DNA of 49,595 nucleotides from a bacterium (GCA_049472315.1 JBLIRN010000021.1:1-49595), one strand, 5' to 3'; shown: positions 8,601-16,971, counted from the first letter of the stretch. A program made the numbers and translations. Notes: generated by a model not told the origin, from the sequence alone.

Positions 8601-9813
8601 TATGACCGTTGTCCATCCTCTTGTCACTGTGGCACCGCAGGCAGAACTCCGCATCGTCGTTGGCAAATTCCCACCGGAGGAAATTGTTCGCCTTGCTCTG
8701 GTCATAGTCCTTCCCGTCTATGATGCCGTGGAGATCCTGGTGGCACGAGGTGCAGGTCAACTCCTTGGCCTGGTTGAGATAGAGCGTGGCCTCCGCACCC
8801 GGCGCACGCGAGAAGGCCGTGCCGGCCAATTTCGCCTCGGTGCCCATGGGGTGGTGGTTCCGGCGGTTTGCAGCATCCTGCACTGGGTCACCGTTGATTT
8901 CGTCACCGTAGATGGGGGCCGCACCCTCTTCCCGCCAGAAATTGTAATTGGGATCGGCAGGATCGATGATGTGCCGGGCCTGATGGCACCCGTAGCAAAA
9001 GCCCGACGAGATCGGATCACCTGTTGGATCATTGATTTTGGGTACATTGGGCAGGGCCACGAATTGGGTGGCAACGGCCACATCGGCCCTGAATATGAGC
9101 CGGACGATCATCAGTTCATCAGGACCCATGTCGCTCCGGGCGCGTTTATACCCCTGATGGGGATGGTGGCATGCCTGGCAGTTTCCGCTGGTCAGGTGGG
9201 AGTTGTTCGTGGCAACCGGGTCATGGCATTCCTTGCAAAAGGGGGAACGATTTTCCGGCACTCCTACGTCTCCCGTGGTTGTCCTCAGATAGTCCCCGGT
9301 GTCTTCGTTTCCGGGGGGTTGGGCATGAGGGTCATGACAGCTTCCGCAGTAAAACCCCGCGCCTCCCTCGTCCCAGGAGGGTGGATGGCCGGGGACCTTG
9401 TCCTTATCGGTCGGATCGAGTGGAAAGGCGGTGGCGTTATAGGGTCCAAGCCATTCGTCGCTGGTAATATTCGCTGCCCCATGCATGACGTGTGTTTCGA
9501 GGTTTGCGCCGAATACGGTGGTGATCCCGGATTCCACCTCCGGGGAATTTCCCGCACCCGGATTGATCCCCTGAGAGAATGTCCCGTCATGACAGCTGTT
9601 GCAGAGCTGGCGCACCCCGTCGAACCTGTTCAGGAGATCCCGGGCCCATATGCGGTTCCCCTTTGCCTTGTGGGGCACGTGGCAATTGGCACACACGCCC
9701 TTGCTGTTGGCTATGTTATGGGGACCTGTAACGGCTGCCCCTGCATACGGTGTGAAAAGAAGGCATACCACCACAACGATGAGACAACCCTGCCCTAACC
9801 TTTTTATGTCCAT
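5659..9813 (-). CDS. Secreted multiheme cytochrome c, 28 CxxCH motifs (1384 aa), internal 2 x 14-heme duplication
   Basis: Signal peptide ending YAGA; GGAGG SD upstream; 28 CxxCH motifs by hand count; the two halves are homologous (FYCGSCHxPHAQP, HHPMGT, DYEDMCYGCHG, CLTCHNxHA each occur twice); ends CRDCHPF. Confidence 0.95.
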   Translation of the reverse strand: MDIKRLGQGCLIVVVVCLLFTPYAGAAVTGPHNIANSKGVCANCHVPHKAKGNRIWARDLLNRFDGVRQLCNSCHDGTFSQGINPGAGNSPEVESGITTVFGANLETHVMHGAANITSDEWLGPYNATAFPLDPTDKDKVPGHPPSWDEGGAGFYCGSCHDPHAQPPGNEDTGDYLRTTTGDVGVPENRSPFCKECHDPVATNNSHLTSGNCQACHHPHQGYKRARSDMGPDELMIVRLIFRADVAVATQFVALPNVPKINDPTGDPISSGFCYGCHQARHIIDPADPNYNFWREEGAAPIYGDEINGDPVQDAANRRNHHPMGTEAKLAGTAFSRAPGAEATLYLNQAKELTCTSCHQDLHGIIDGKDYDQSKANNFLRWEFANDDAEFCLRCHSDKRMDNGHIIIDKKHFWDTDSPLSREVYDKVSPGYTKSVSCKQCMFCHFVHDGEEWTNEVVGGSIRADIDSLMRQGPLNLAWGDRSGDTGLEDYEDMCYGCHGDTSIVLRPDLGLDALLRPGSYFTHRFASPPDPNSPTAQNITPGGVFPLSDGVLTETLDDYGTVSGSIYCGTCHNVHAPYEPSRPYLHSGTSPYATNGFCEECHDDAAGNFVMRSHPVAVGPNDNPVEGSPTLATFPTVFTAWSSSTPSSGKEGGVVTDSGEVICLTCHNTHAAKTNWDGTVPMDTSRFFHGQLLVMDNYVREDDPAGSEMCKACHSSLTGGNELFPEDKHGATFADNVLNDGRKMGICNACHSPHNSYGPKIWSRRGYVTGPFAGYRQLCYTCHNPQGIGTSGRTSVFKVSVPFYDIRQDPNDPDIPMDHVMHAAADIGAVYPVPGLTIPIDTTDADTFPLLDPYRTGGQFYCGSCHNPHAQPLRGGTYLRSVDGLAGTTGVRISFCNDCHPDAHGGIAGECLNCHSVHLGAVLPQINETESRWVLKYRITRTQFAAIPNVPHLSEDPNNLQNTDSPFCYGCHGPEGAEDWEDAGAHPIYGDDAPNFTAASREHHPMGTQASVNSLRAGIPAGQNYYNAAGELTCKSCHDDIHGPGPFAGSAQNARDNYYLRWEFNSPQKKDQATFCVACHDNKSESTLTGEHLVTQAASPNQRGGCMFCHFIHDGLERQSTLTLLPDQGIRADVDALMREPAIALIWKVGDLCADDSCSDTDPYDYEDMCYGCHGKQSIVDGPGDSGALLQPTAYFTHRYTVPPDPNSPTSGNIKAGAVYPLSDGQGEATLNDYGTQDGSIFCGSCHNVHDGMVQPYLNHAEDDENLAVDKGFCEACHDEGAGTGEFVAMSHPIDVGPNPPATSATWLSVYYDGGSGEPDGITGETANEVGTVVCLTCHNVHACATSFDGHVENDPEAGHGMLLVKDNTSTDMGSDMCRDCHPF

Positions 9814-9870
9814 TGCAACCTGAACCTCCCCCTAACCACATTGTCGAAATTATGGATTAAATGCTCAACG

Positions 9871-10923
9871 CTACTCCATGTCCTTAATGACCTTTATCGA
9901 GTGATAGTCCTGAGCGGAGATATAGATCCGATCCTCAGTGTCGATTGCCATGTCAAAGGGCGCCGAATTTCTTAACGCATCGGTCTCGTCCAGATCCTTG
10001 ATGACTCCCAGCACGTTTCCTCGCAGGTCGAAGACCTGAATGGCCGCAATAAGGCGGTCCAGGACGTACACCCTTCCCCGGCTGTCGATGACAATGGCGT
10101 TGGGTCGGGCGAATTCTCCGAGCGAATCACCGAAATTGCCGAAAGAAAACCGGAATTCCTTGTTCGCCCCGAACACCTGTACCCTGGTATTCGCCATGTC
10201 CAGCACGTAGATGTTCCCCTGGGCATCGAAGGTGACCTGGCCGGGAAAGGAAAAATGCCCCTCCTCACTGCCAAACCCGCCGAATTTGTCCAGGTACTTA
10301 CCCTCCAGGGTAAACCGCCGAATCACCGAGTTGGCATTGTCCGCGATGCAGACGATCCCTTGTTTTCGATCGAGCCCCATCTTGGTGGCGGTTACCGTCT
10401 GCTCTCCGTCGGAGATACCCTGAACGATGGAGAATTCGGTGAGAAACCTTCCCTTGTTATCATAGACCAGGACCTTTTGCTGCCGTGAATCCAGAAGGAG
10501 GACCCTTCCGTCGGCGGCGATTTCAAGGTCCAGGGGGAGCAGATACCTCCCCGTACCCTCGCCCTTCTCGCCGAATTCATACCGGAATCGTCCTTCAGGA
10601 TTGAATACCTGGATACTCATCTGGTCCAAAAAGATGGCAAAGAGCTTCCCTTCGGGATCAACGGCAATGCCCTTGGGGATCCCCTTTCCCTCCCCTTTGA
10701 GGCTCGCCCTTCTCTCTGCGCTGTAGGGATAGATGGTGTTTATGAACTGTATCTTCCTTCCACTCACCACCTCGTCCGTTACCGCAATGACCCTCCCTGC
10801 CGGCAGGAGAAGAGAGATGAGAAGAAAAGTGCAAAGAAATGCGCCTATGATGCAGCGACAAGCAACCCTTTCGGTGCCGGGCCGCCTGCGTAAAATATGA
10901 ATGAAGTTTAAAAGATACAACAT
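9871..10923 (-). CDS. Secreted NHL-repeat beta-propeller protein
   Basis: Hydrophobic signal segment; repeats GHFSFPGQVTFDAQGNIYVLDMANTRVQVF and GEFARPNAIVIDSRGRVYVLD. Confidence 0.92.
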   Translation of the reverse strand: MLYLLNFIHILRRRPGTERVACRCIIGAFLCTFLLISLLLPAGRVIAVTDEVVSGRKIQFINTIYPYSAERRASLKGEGKGIPKGIAVDPEGKLFAIFLDQMSIQVFNPEGRFRYEFGEKGEGTGRYLLPLDLEIAADGRVLLLDSRQQKVLVYDNKGRFLTEFSIVQGISDGEQTVTATKMGLDRKQGIVCIADNANSVIRRFTLEGKYLDKFGGFGSEEGHFSFPGQVTFDAQGNIYVLDMANTRVQVFGANKEFRFSFGNFGDSLGEFARPNAIVIDSRGRVYVLDRLIAAIQVFDLRGNVLGVIKDLDETDALRNSAPFDMAIDTEDRIYISAQDYHSIKVIKDME

Positions 10924-10980
10924 GATAGAAATGTTCCCCTGTGAAAATTATGTAGACATGATACAACAACTATATAAATA

Positions 10981-10996
10981 AGCAACATCTGTGCCA
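10981..10996 (-). promoter_or_regulatory. Sigma54 (-24/-12) promoter upstream of the NHL/cytochrome genes
   Basis: Minus strand reads TGGCACAGATGTTGCT, matching TGGCAC-N5-TTGCW with exact GG-N10-GC spacing; intergenic, 57 nt upstream of the start at 10923. Confidence 0.8.
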
Positions 10997-11000
10997 TACC

Positions 11001-12026
11001 TCAGTTTCCCTTCCGCTCAACCGCCCGGTCGCTCTCCGAGGGGTGTTTTAAGACCACCACCCGATGAAGGGGCTGTTCGATTACATAGATGATGTCACCC
11101 CTTCCTATGACAATCCCCGAAGGCGACACGAATCCCAGGGATTCCCCCTCCGGGGTGGTATACTCCTTGACCACCCCCACCAGGTCGCCCTCGCTCCCGA
11201 ATATCTGCACGACACACTGGACAATGTCCGTGGCATACACCCGGTCCCTGCTGTCAATGGCAAGCCCCGAGATCCTGAGAAACTCCCCCGCCCTGCTCCC
11301 CGTCTCACCGATCTGCATAAGAGGATTCCCTTCGGGGGCGCATACCTGGATGCGATTAGGGATGCCTTCCAGGATGTATATTCTTCCCCTGCTGTCGAAA
11401 CACAACTGACCTGCAGAGGGAAATCGTCCCGGTTCAGGACCTCCCAGGGACCGCAGGAATTCCCCCCCGGGTGCGTGAATCCAAACGTGTCCGTTCCTTC
11501 CGTCGCTTATGTACACCCGGTCCGTGGTTCCCACAGCGATGTGGGAGGGAAAGGGATCCTGCTTCGGATCGTGCGTGGTAAGCCCCTGAATTGAAGAGAA
11601 TGACCTGCGGAAATTACCTTTTTCGTCGAACACGAGAATCCTGTGTCTTTTTACATCAGCGACCAGGGCCTCGCCCTTGCTGCTGATGGCCATCCCGCAC
11701 GTATAACTGGAGAACTGCCATTCCTCCTCCCCCTGCCCGCCAAACCTGAACAGCAGGGCGCCGTTGGGATCGACCACCTGTATTTCCGATCGGTTACCGG
11801 TATAGAGCAGATAGAGGTGTCCCGCCGAATTTTGCGCCAAGGATACGAGGGTACCGCCGCTTTCAGGGGTGTCCCTTTTTCCAGCCGCATTGGTGCCGTA
11901 AATATATTGTATCAGAAGAAGGGGATGGTTGGGGATAATGGACGGTGATTTGCCGGCCCCTCCCAGGCGAGACAATAACGTGATGAAAAAGACCAGGAAA
12001 ATTATTAAATAGTGCTTTACATCCAT
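11001..12026 (-). CDS. Secreted NHL-repeat beta-propeller protein (start ATG 12026, or TTG 12068)
   Basis: MDVKHYLIIFLVFFITLL signal-like segment; repeats GEFLRISGLAIDSRDRVYATD and GFVSPSGIVIGRGDIIYVIE. Confidence 0.9.
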   Translation of the reverse strand: MDVKHYLIIFLVFFITLLSRLGGAGKSPSIIPNHPLLLIQYIYGTNAAGKRDTPESGGTLVSLAQNSAGHLYLLYTGNRSEIQVVDPNGALLFRFGGQGEEEWQFSSYTCGMAISSKGEALVADVKRHRILVFDEKGNFRRSFSSIQGLTTHDPKQDPFPSHIAVGTTDRVYISDGRNGHVWIHAPGGEFLRSLGGPEPGRFPSAGQLCFDSRGRIYILEGIPNRIQVCAPEGNPLMQIGETGSRAGEFLRISGLAIDSRDRVYATDIVQCVVQIFGSEGDLVGVVKEYTTPEGESLGFVSPSGIVIGRGDIIYVIEQPLHRVVVLKHPSESDRAVERKGN

Positions 12027-12085
12027 TGAGACATCTCGAATGGAGCGTCCTCCGTAAAAAAACCCCAACCTTTCAAATTGGTTGT

Positions 12086-12114
12086 ACTATATCAGTCAGG
12101 GAAAACAAAGTCAA
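12086..12114 (-). promoter_or_regulatory. Sigma70 promoter for the first NHL gene
   Basis: Minus strand TTGACT-N17-TATAGT with an extended -10 TG. Confidence 0.65.
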
Positions 12115-12587
12115 TTAAATGAATGGCATGGGAGGAAATGTGTATGCACAGGGGTGCCCGTACGAAGATGCACGCATCCGGACGATGGGGATTTCGTGCC
12201 ACCGCACGCCCCTGCAGCAGGAAACAGGGAGCCCCTGTTTGTTGCACGCCGTATTTCAAATGGATGCAATAGGGTCCGCTGCTGGCAATTTCGTTACACC
12301 GGGGATGATCACGGCACCCTGGGCAACCGATGGATTTGCTTCACATTCAGTCACGTGCGGGTGTATAATGGCATCATTCAATGACGTTGATTGATATGCC
12401 TCCGGCTAATGTCCTATAATGTATCTTCAGGGAACGCAGTTGCTGGTAACTGCATGATACATTGTGGGAGAAGGTGAAGGAGGAACATAGTGCTCCGTTG
12501 CGCTCCGCCTGACAGGGTTTGGTTCCCCCTTCCCCGCACGAAAAGAGCAGTTATCGGTCTTGAATGATTCAGCATGGAGATGATGCC

Positions 12588-13127
12588 ATGAACGGATATG
12601 AACGAATCGAGTTGGTGCAGGGGGATATCACCCGTCAAAACACCGATGCCATAGTCAATGCGGCGAATACAACCCTTCTGGGGGGCGGGGGTGTGGACGG
12701 GGCCATACACCGTGCAGCGGGTCCCGAGCTCAAGGAAGAATGCAGGGGGCTGGGAGGATGCCCCGTTGGAGAGGCAAAGATCACCAAGGGGTATCGTTTG
12801 CCCGCCCGATATGTCATCCATACGGTCGGCCCTGTCTACCGGGGAGGGGGCCACGGGGAGCCCGAACTGCTGGCCCGATGCTATCGAAACAGCCTGGACG
12901 TTGCCGAATCCATCGGGATAAAAACCATCTCCTTTCCCTCCATCAGCACCGGTGCATACGGATATCCCATGGAAGAGGCGGCGAAAATCGCCATGGAGAC
13001 CATCGGAGACTACCTCAGGAATCATCCGCAGATCGAAAGGGTCCGCATGTGTCTTTTCAGTGCATCTGCGTACCATACCTTCAAGGACGTACTGGAAGGA
13101 TTGAAAAAGGGAACCGGGAATGCCTGA
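12588..13127 (+). CDS. Macrodomain protein (YmdB-like O-acetyl-ADP-ribose deacetylase / ADP-ribosylhydrolase)
   Basis: GDIT...DAIVNAAN..LLGGGGVDGAIHRAAG, VIHTVGP, SISTGAYGYP; ATG 12588 has a GGAG SD. Confidence 0.93.
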   Translation: MNGYERIELVQGDITRQNTDAIVNAANTTLLGGGGVDGAIHRAAGPELKEECRGLGGCPVGEAKITKGYRLPARYVIHTVGPVYRGGGHGEPELLARCYRNSLDVAESIGIKTISFPSISTGAYGYPMEEAAKIAMETIGDYLRNHPQIERVRMCLFSASAYHTFKDVLEGLKKGTGNA

Positions 13128-14019
13128 CGGGGAGACGAGACGCGTGCACACCTTCGTCATACCCGAGGACAGGATGGTTCATTTCAGGGAACGGCTCTCC
13201 ACGGAGGGATTTTCCTTTGCCGCGACACCCCCGAACGCCTTTATGCTCTGGAGGGCCAGCAGGGATGGGGTCATCATCGATAGCTATCGCACGGGAAAGG
13301 TGGTAATCCAGGGCGGGGATGCCGCGGCCCTGCTTGCCCGCGCAGACTGGTGGCCCGATATCATCGGCCCGGAGGCGGATGGGGACCTCATCGGCATTGA
13401 TGAGGCGGGCAAGGGTGACTACTTTGGTCCCCTGGTCGTGGCAGCCGTGCTGGTGAGGGATGATCGATGGAAGGATCTCGCCCTCATAGGAACAAGGGAC
13501 AGCAAGTCGTTGAGCGATGAACGGATTGCCCGATTGTCCACGGATATCAGAAAGGCATATCCCCATAGCATTGTTGCTATCTCACCTGCACGCTACAATC
13601 AGATGTATGCCCGGATCAGGAACCTGAATCGGCTGCTGGCCTGGGGACATGCACGGGCGTTGGAGAATATCCTCTCCCACTGGGAATGTGCCACCGCCAT
13701 CTCCGATCAGTTCGGGGACGCATCCTATCTGCAGTCCGCCTTGATGGAAAAAGGGAAACGTATCCATCTTGTGCAGAGGCCCAAGGCGGAAGAGAATCTG
13801 GCGGTTGCCGCAGCCTCCATACTGGCCAGGGGTGAATTCGTAAGGAGACTGGCCACCCTGGGCGAACAGTACGGAATGATTCTTCCCAAAGGCGCGGGTC
13901 CCCGGGTTCTGGAGGCCGGCCGTGAATTTATCCGTCGCCATGGCTCTGCCGCCCTTCCCCAGGTGGCAAAGGTGCATTTCAGGACAACCAGGGAGATTGG
14001 AGCCTCTCCTGTGGCATGA
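13120..14019 (+). CDS. rnhC: Ribonuclease HIII
   Basis: N-terminal TBP-like region (YRTGKVVIQG), IGIDEAGKGDYFGPLVVAAV, RDSKSLSD, DQF, VAAASILAR, KVHFRT. Confidence 0.93.
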   Translation: MPDGETRRVHTFVIPEDRMVHFRERLSTEGFSFAATPPNAFMLWRASRDGVIIDSYRTGKVVIQGGDAAALLARADWWPDIIGPEADGDLIGIDEAGKGDYFGPLVVAAVLVRDDRWKDLALIGTRDSKSLSDERIARLSTDIRKAYPHSIVAISPARYNQMYARIRNLNRLLAWGHARALENILSHWECATAISDQFGDASYLQSALMEKGKRIHLVQRPKAEENLAVAAASILARGEFVRRLATLGEQYGMILPKGAGPRVLEAGREFIRRHGSAALPQVAKVHFRTTREIGASPVA

Positions 14020-14153
14020 GGTATTCATGGGTTGCGCGCATGGAAACATGAAGACGAACCGGTCCATATGGCGGGTGAGCCGGGTTGGCCCGGGAAACAT
14101 CAGCGCCTGTCGCCCTGGTAACGCGGGCGGCAGGGTCTTGCTCTGAATACGGT

Positions 14154-14543
14154 ATGGCTGGCGAGCACGGCAAGGCAATAGCCCTTATTGGTCTGTTCGG
14201 CGTGATTGCCTTTGGCACGGGCATCCTCCTGTCGAGTAAAGTGGCGCATTTCGGACTGTTGATCCTGCCCGCCTTCGGCCATCTTTACCCTATTGCATTC
14301 ATTTCCATAGTGGTGGTGTATTCCGCCGTGGTGTCGCGCCGGATTTTTTGGATGCATCTCCTTTTCGTTGTGGGTTCAGGTCTTTGCCTGGAGTGCCTGC
14401 TGCTGTGGCTGATGATGCATTTTATCTTTGATTCCCCCAGGGGTATGGCCCTTGTAATATTCAGCCAGTTGGCCCTCGTGTATGGGGTGAGCCTGCTTTT
14501 TTATTTCACCATTACCGCACGAATACCGTCCAAAAAGTTATAA
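14154..14543 (+). CDS. Hypothetical membrane protein (about 4 TM segments)
   Basis: Hydrophobic ORF filling the gap between rnhC and pabB, ending 12 nt before pabB; start uncertain (track start 14085). Confidence 0.6.
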   Translation: MAGEHGKAIALIGLFGVIAFGTGILLSSKVAHFGLLILPAFGHLYPIAFISIVVVYSAVVSRRIFWMHLLFVVGSGLCLECLLLWLMMHFIFDSPRGMALVIFSQLALVYGVSLLFYFTITARIPSKKL

Positions 14544-14555
14544 CAGGCGTATATC

Positions 14556-16052
14556 ATGGAATGGCGTCTACTCCCGAAATGGATAACCCCCGAGCATATC
14601 GTGTGTACGTGGAAGGATTCTCCCGGGATTGCCTTCCTGGACAGCAGCGATAACGTGAATCCCCGCGGACGATACTCCTTTGTGGGGTGTGAACCCTTTC
14701 TGCGTTGCATATACCATGATTCCGTCGTTGTTTTGGAGTGGAAGAACGGCCTTCGGGAGGTTTGCGCCGATCCCTGGCAGACGCTTCGAAATCTCTTGAA
14801 CACATATCGGATACAGGATCCGTTCAGCAGGGACCTCCCTGCCGGTGCCGCCATTGGTTATCTCTCCTATGATCTGGGCATGGAGATCGAGGGGGTAAAG
14901 AGCAACGCACACGGCGTGTCGGGCTGGCCCCTGTTCGAGCTTCACTTCTATGACCTCCTTTTTTGCTTCAGCAGACAGGGAGGCGAGAATTGTGTGGTAT
15001 CCACAGGGTTTCCGCTCCTTGAGCCCGGTAAGAGACGCCGACACGCCCGTAATCGATTAAACGAGGTATTCGGGCGGCTCAACGGGACCTCATGGGACAA
15101 CGGTCTGGAGGAACCTGGTGCTTGTGTGCGTGATGGCCTGTTCGAGTGCACGTTGGAGTCCAACTTCGATTGCCCAACCTATTGTGCATCGATCAGGAGG
15201 ATCAAGGAATATATCGCTGCAGGCGACGTATATCAGGTGAATCTCTCCCAGTCCTTCTCCGGCGAGATAGAGGCGGGCGGATGGAGCACCTACCGGTACA
15301 TACGGCAACGCAATCGCGTTCCCTTCGGAGCCTATCTCAGAAGCGGCACAAGGGAGATACTCTGCTTTTCCATGGAGCGGTTTCTTCGCATGCAGGGGAA
15401 TATGATAGAGACCCGGCCTATTAAGGGAACCAGGCCCAGGGGAAGAACACAGGAGGAGGATCTCCGGCTGAGCAGGGAATTGCGTGCAAGCGGGAAGGAT
15501 CAGGCGGAATTGGTGATGATCGTGGATATGGAGCGGAATGATCTGGGCAAGGTGTGTAAGCCCGGAACGGTAAGGGTGAAGCGGCTCTTTGAGGTGGAGC
15601 AATACGCCACCGTTTTCCATCTCGTTTCCACCATCACCGGGACCTTGGCGGAGGGAGCGGATCAGATCGATTGCATGAAGGCCTGTCTGCCTGGGGGATC
15701 GATCACCGGGGCGCCCAAGATTCGGGCAATGGAGATCATCGACGAACTGGAAGGCATAAAACGGGAGGTCTATTGCGGGGCAATAGGATATTTCGGGTTC
15801 AACGGGGTTTCGGACTTCAATATTCCGATCCGGACGATTCAGAAGGAGGGAAAACGGATTCGCTTCAATGCAGGCGGCGGCGTGCTCTATGATTCAGACC
15901 CGGAGGACGAATACCGGGAAACACTTCATAAGGTGCGCAGCTTTATTGAATGCCTTTCTTCTGCCCAATGCCCCGGACCGTGGGAGAATGCCATTTCATG
16001 GAAGGAATATGGTGATATGCATGTGGATACTGGTGAATGGAAGAATATGTGA
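14556..16052 (+). CDS. pabB: Aminodeoxychorismate synthase component I (chorismate-binding enzyme)
   Basis: GRYSFVG, YIAAGDVYQVNLS, TRPIKGTRPR, KDQAELVMIVDMERNDL, PGGSITGAPKIRAMEII; PIKGT motif and adjacent lyase favour PabB over TrpE. Confidence 0.88.
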   Translation: MEWRLLPKWITPEHIVCTWKDSPGIAFLDSSDNVNPRGRYSFVGCEPFLRCIYHDSVVVLEWKNGLREVCADPWQTLRNLLNTYRIQDPFSRDLPAGAAIGYLSYDLGMEIEGVKSNAHGVSGWPLFELHFYDLLFCFSRQGGENCVVSTGFPLLEPGKRRRHARNRLNEVFGRLNGTSWDNGLEEPGACVRDGLFECTLESNFDCPTYCASIRRIKEYIAAGDVYQVNLSQSFSGEIEAGGWSTYRYIRQRNRVPFGAYLRSGTREILCFSMERFLRMQGNMIETRPIKGTRPRGRTQEEDLRLSRELRASGKDQAELVMIVDMERNDLGKVCKPGTVRVKRLFEVEQYATVFHLVSTITGTLAEGADQIDCMKACLPGGSITGAPKIRAMEIIDELEGIKREVYCGAIGYFGFNGVSDFNIPIRTIQKEGKRIRFNAGGGVLYDSDPEDEYRETLHKVRSFIECLSSAQCPGPWENAISWKEYGDMHVDTGEWKNM

Positions 16053-16887
16053 CAGCACCGCCCCGTGCCTCAAGGCCACTGACAGGGGATTCATGCTTGG
16101 CGACGCTTTGTTCGAAAGCCTCCGATCCTTTGGAGGAAGGCTCCCCTTCTGGGATCTTCATTGTGAACGGCTGCGCAGCGGAATGACGCGGATGGGATTC
16201 TTCGTGGAGGGTATCCCCTTTGACGCCATGGAGGGGATGGTATATGAGCTCATGTCACTAAACTCCCTGTCCGACGCCTATATCCGTCTTACCGTAAGCA
16301 GAGGAGCCGATATCCCGGAGCTGCTGCCGCCATGGGGTACAGGAAGCCCGACCTGGGTCCTTTTGACACGGCCGCTGCCCGCCCATGCGAATGCTCATCA
16401 AGGGGGCGCTATTTCCGCCGTCATCTCCTCCTTCGTACGACATGGAAGCTCCCTCACCGCACGTTTTAAGACCATAAACTACCTTGACCTGATCCTCGCA
16501 CGAAGGGAGGCGAACGAGGCCGGCGCCCAGGAGGCCATCCTCCTCGACGAGGAGGGTCATGTTGCCGAGGCCGCAACCGCAAACATATTTTGGGTCATCG
16601 AGGACATACTCCGCACCCCGTCCCTCGATCTGCCTATCCTTCCGGGAATAACCAGGCAGAAGGTCCTGGAGATTGCCGCGCATCTGGATATCCGGCGGGA
16701 TGAAGGGGCCTTCCCCCTCTCCTCCCTGCTGGACTCCACGGAGGCGTTTTTGACCAATTCGGTTCGGGGAATCATTCCCTTGCGCAGCATCAATGGAAAG
16801 GTCCTTGGGTGCGGGGATGTGGGGCCGGTTACCCGGCGGATGCAATCCGCATATAATGACCTCCTCCAACGGGCGACCGCGCGGTGA
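16021..16887 (+). CDS. pabC: Class IV PLP enzyme, probable 4-amino-4-deoxychorismate lyase
   Basis: DRGFMLGDALFESLR, KTINY (PLP lysine), EAATANIFW, ILPGITR, EAFLTNS; follows pabB; start ATG 16021 (MWILVNG). Confidence 0.8.
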   Translation: MWILVNGRICDSTAPCLKATDRGFMLGDALFESLRSFGGRLPFWDLHCERLRSGMTRMGFFVEGIPFDAMEGMVYELMSLNSLSDAYIRLTVSRGADIPELLPPWGTGSPTWVLLTRPLPAHANAHQGGAISAVISSFVRHGSSLTARFKTINYLDLILARREANEAGAQEAILLDEEGHVAEAATANIFWVIEDILRTPSLDLPILPGITRQKVLEIAAHLDIRRDEGAFPLSSLLDSTEAFLTNSVRGIIPLRSINGKVLGCGDVGPVTRRMQSAYNDLLQRATAR

Positions 16888-16971
16888 AGGCGATCGTCGC
16901 AGGCAGATATGTCTGCCTGCGCTCCCGGCCCGAAGGTCCGAAATGAGCATTGCGGCGGCAAGGGGATTCAA

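Noticed and set aside
1589..9798. Long plus-strand ORFs (up to 405 aa) opposite the cytochrome genes
   Set aside because: Antisense shadows of codon-biased genes; no motifs or SD sites.
1208..12068. MtrAB-type porin-cytochrome conduit
   Set aside because: No beta-barrel gene in the cluster; the partners are NHL propellers.
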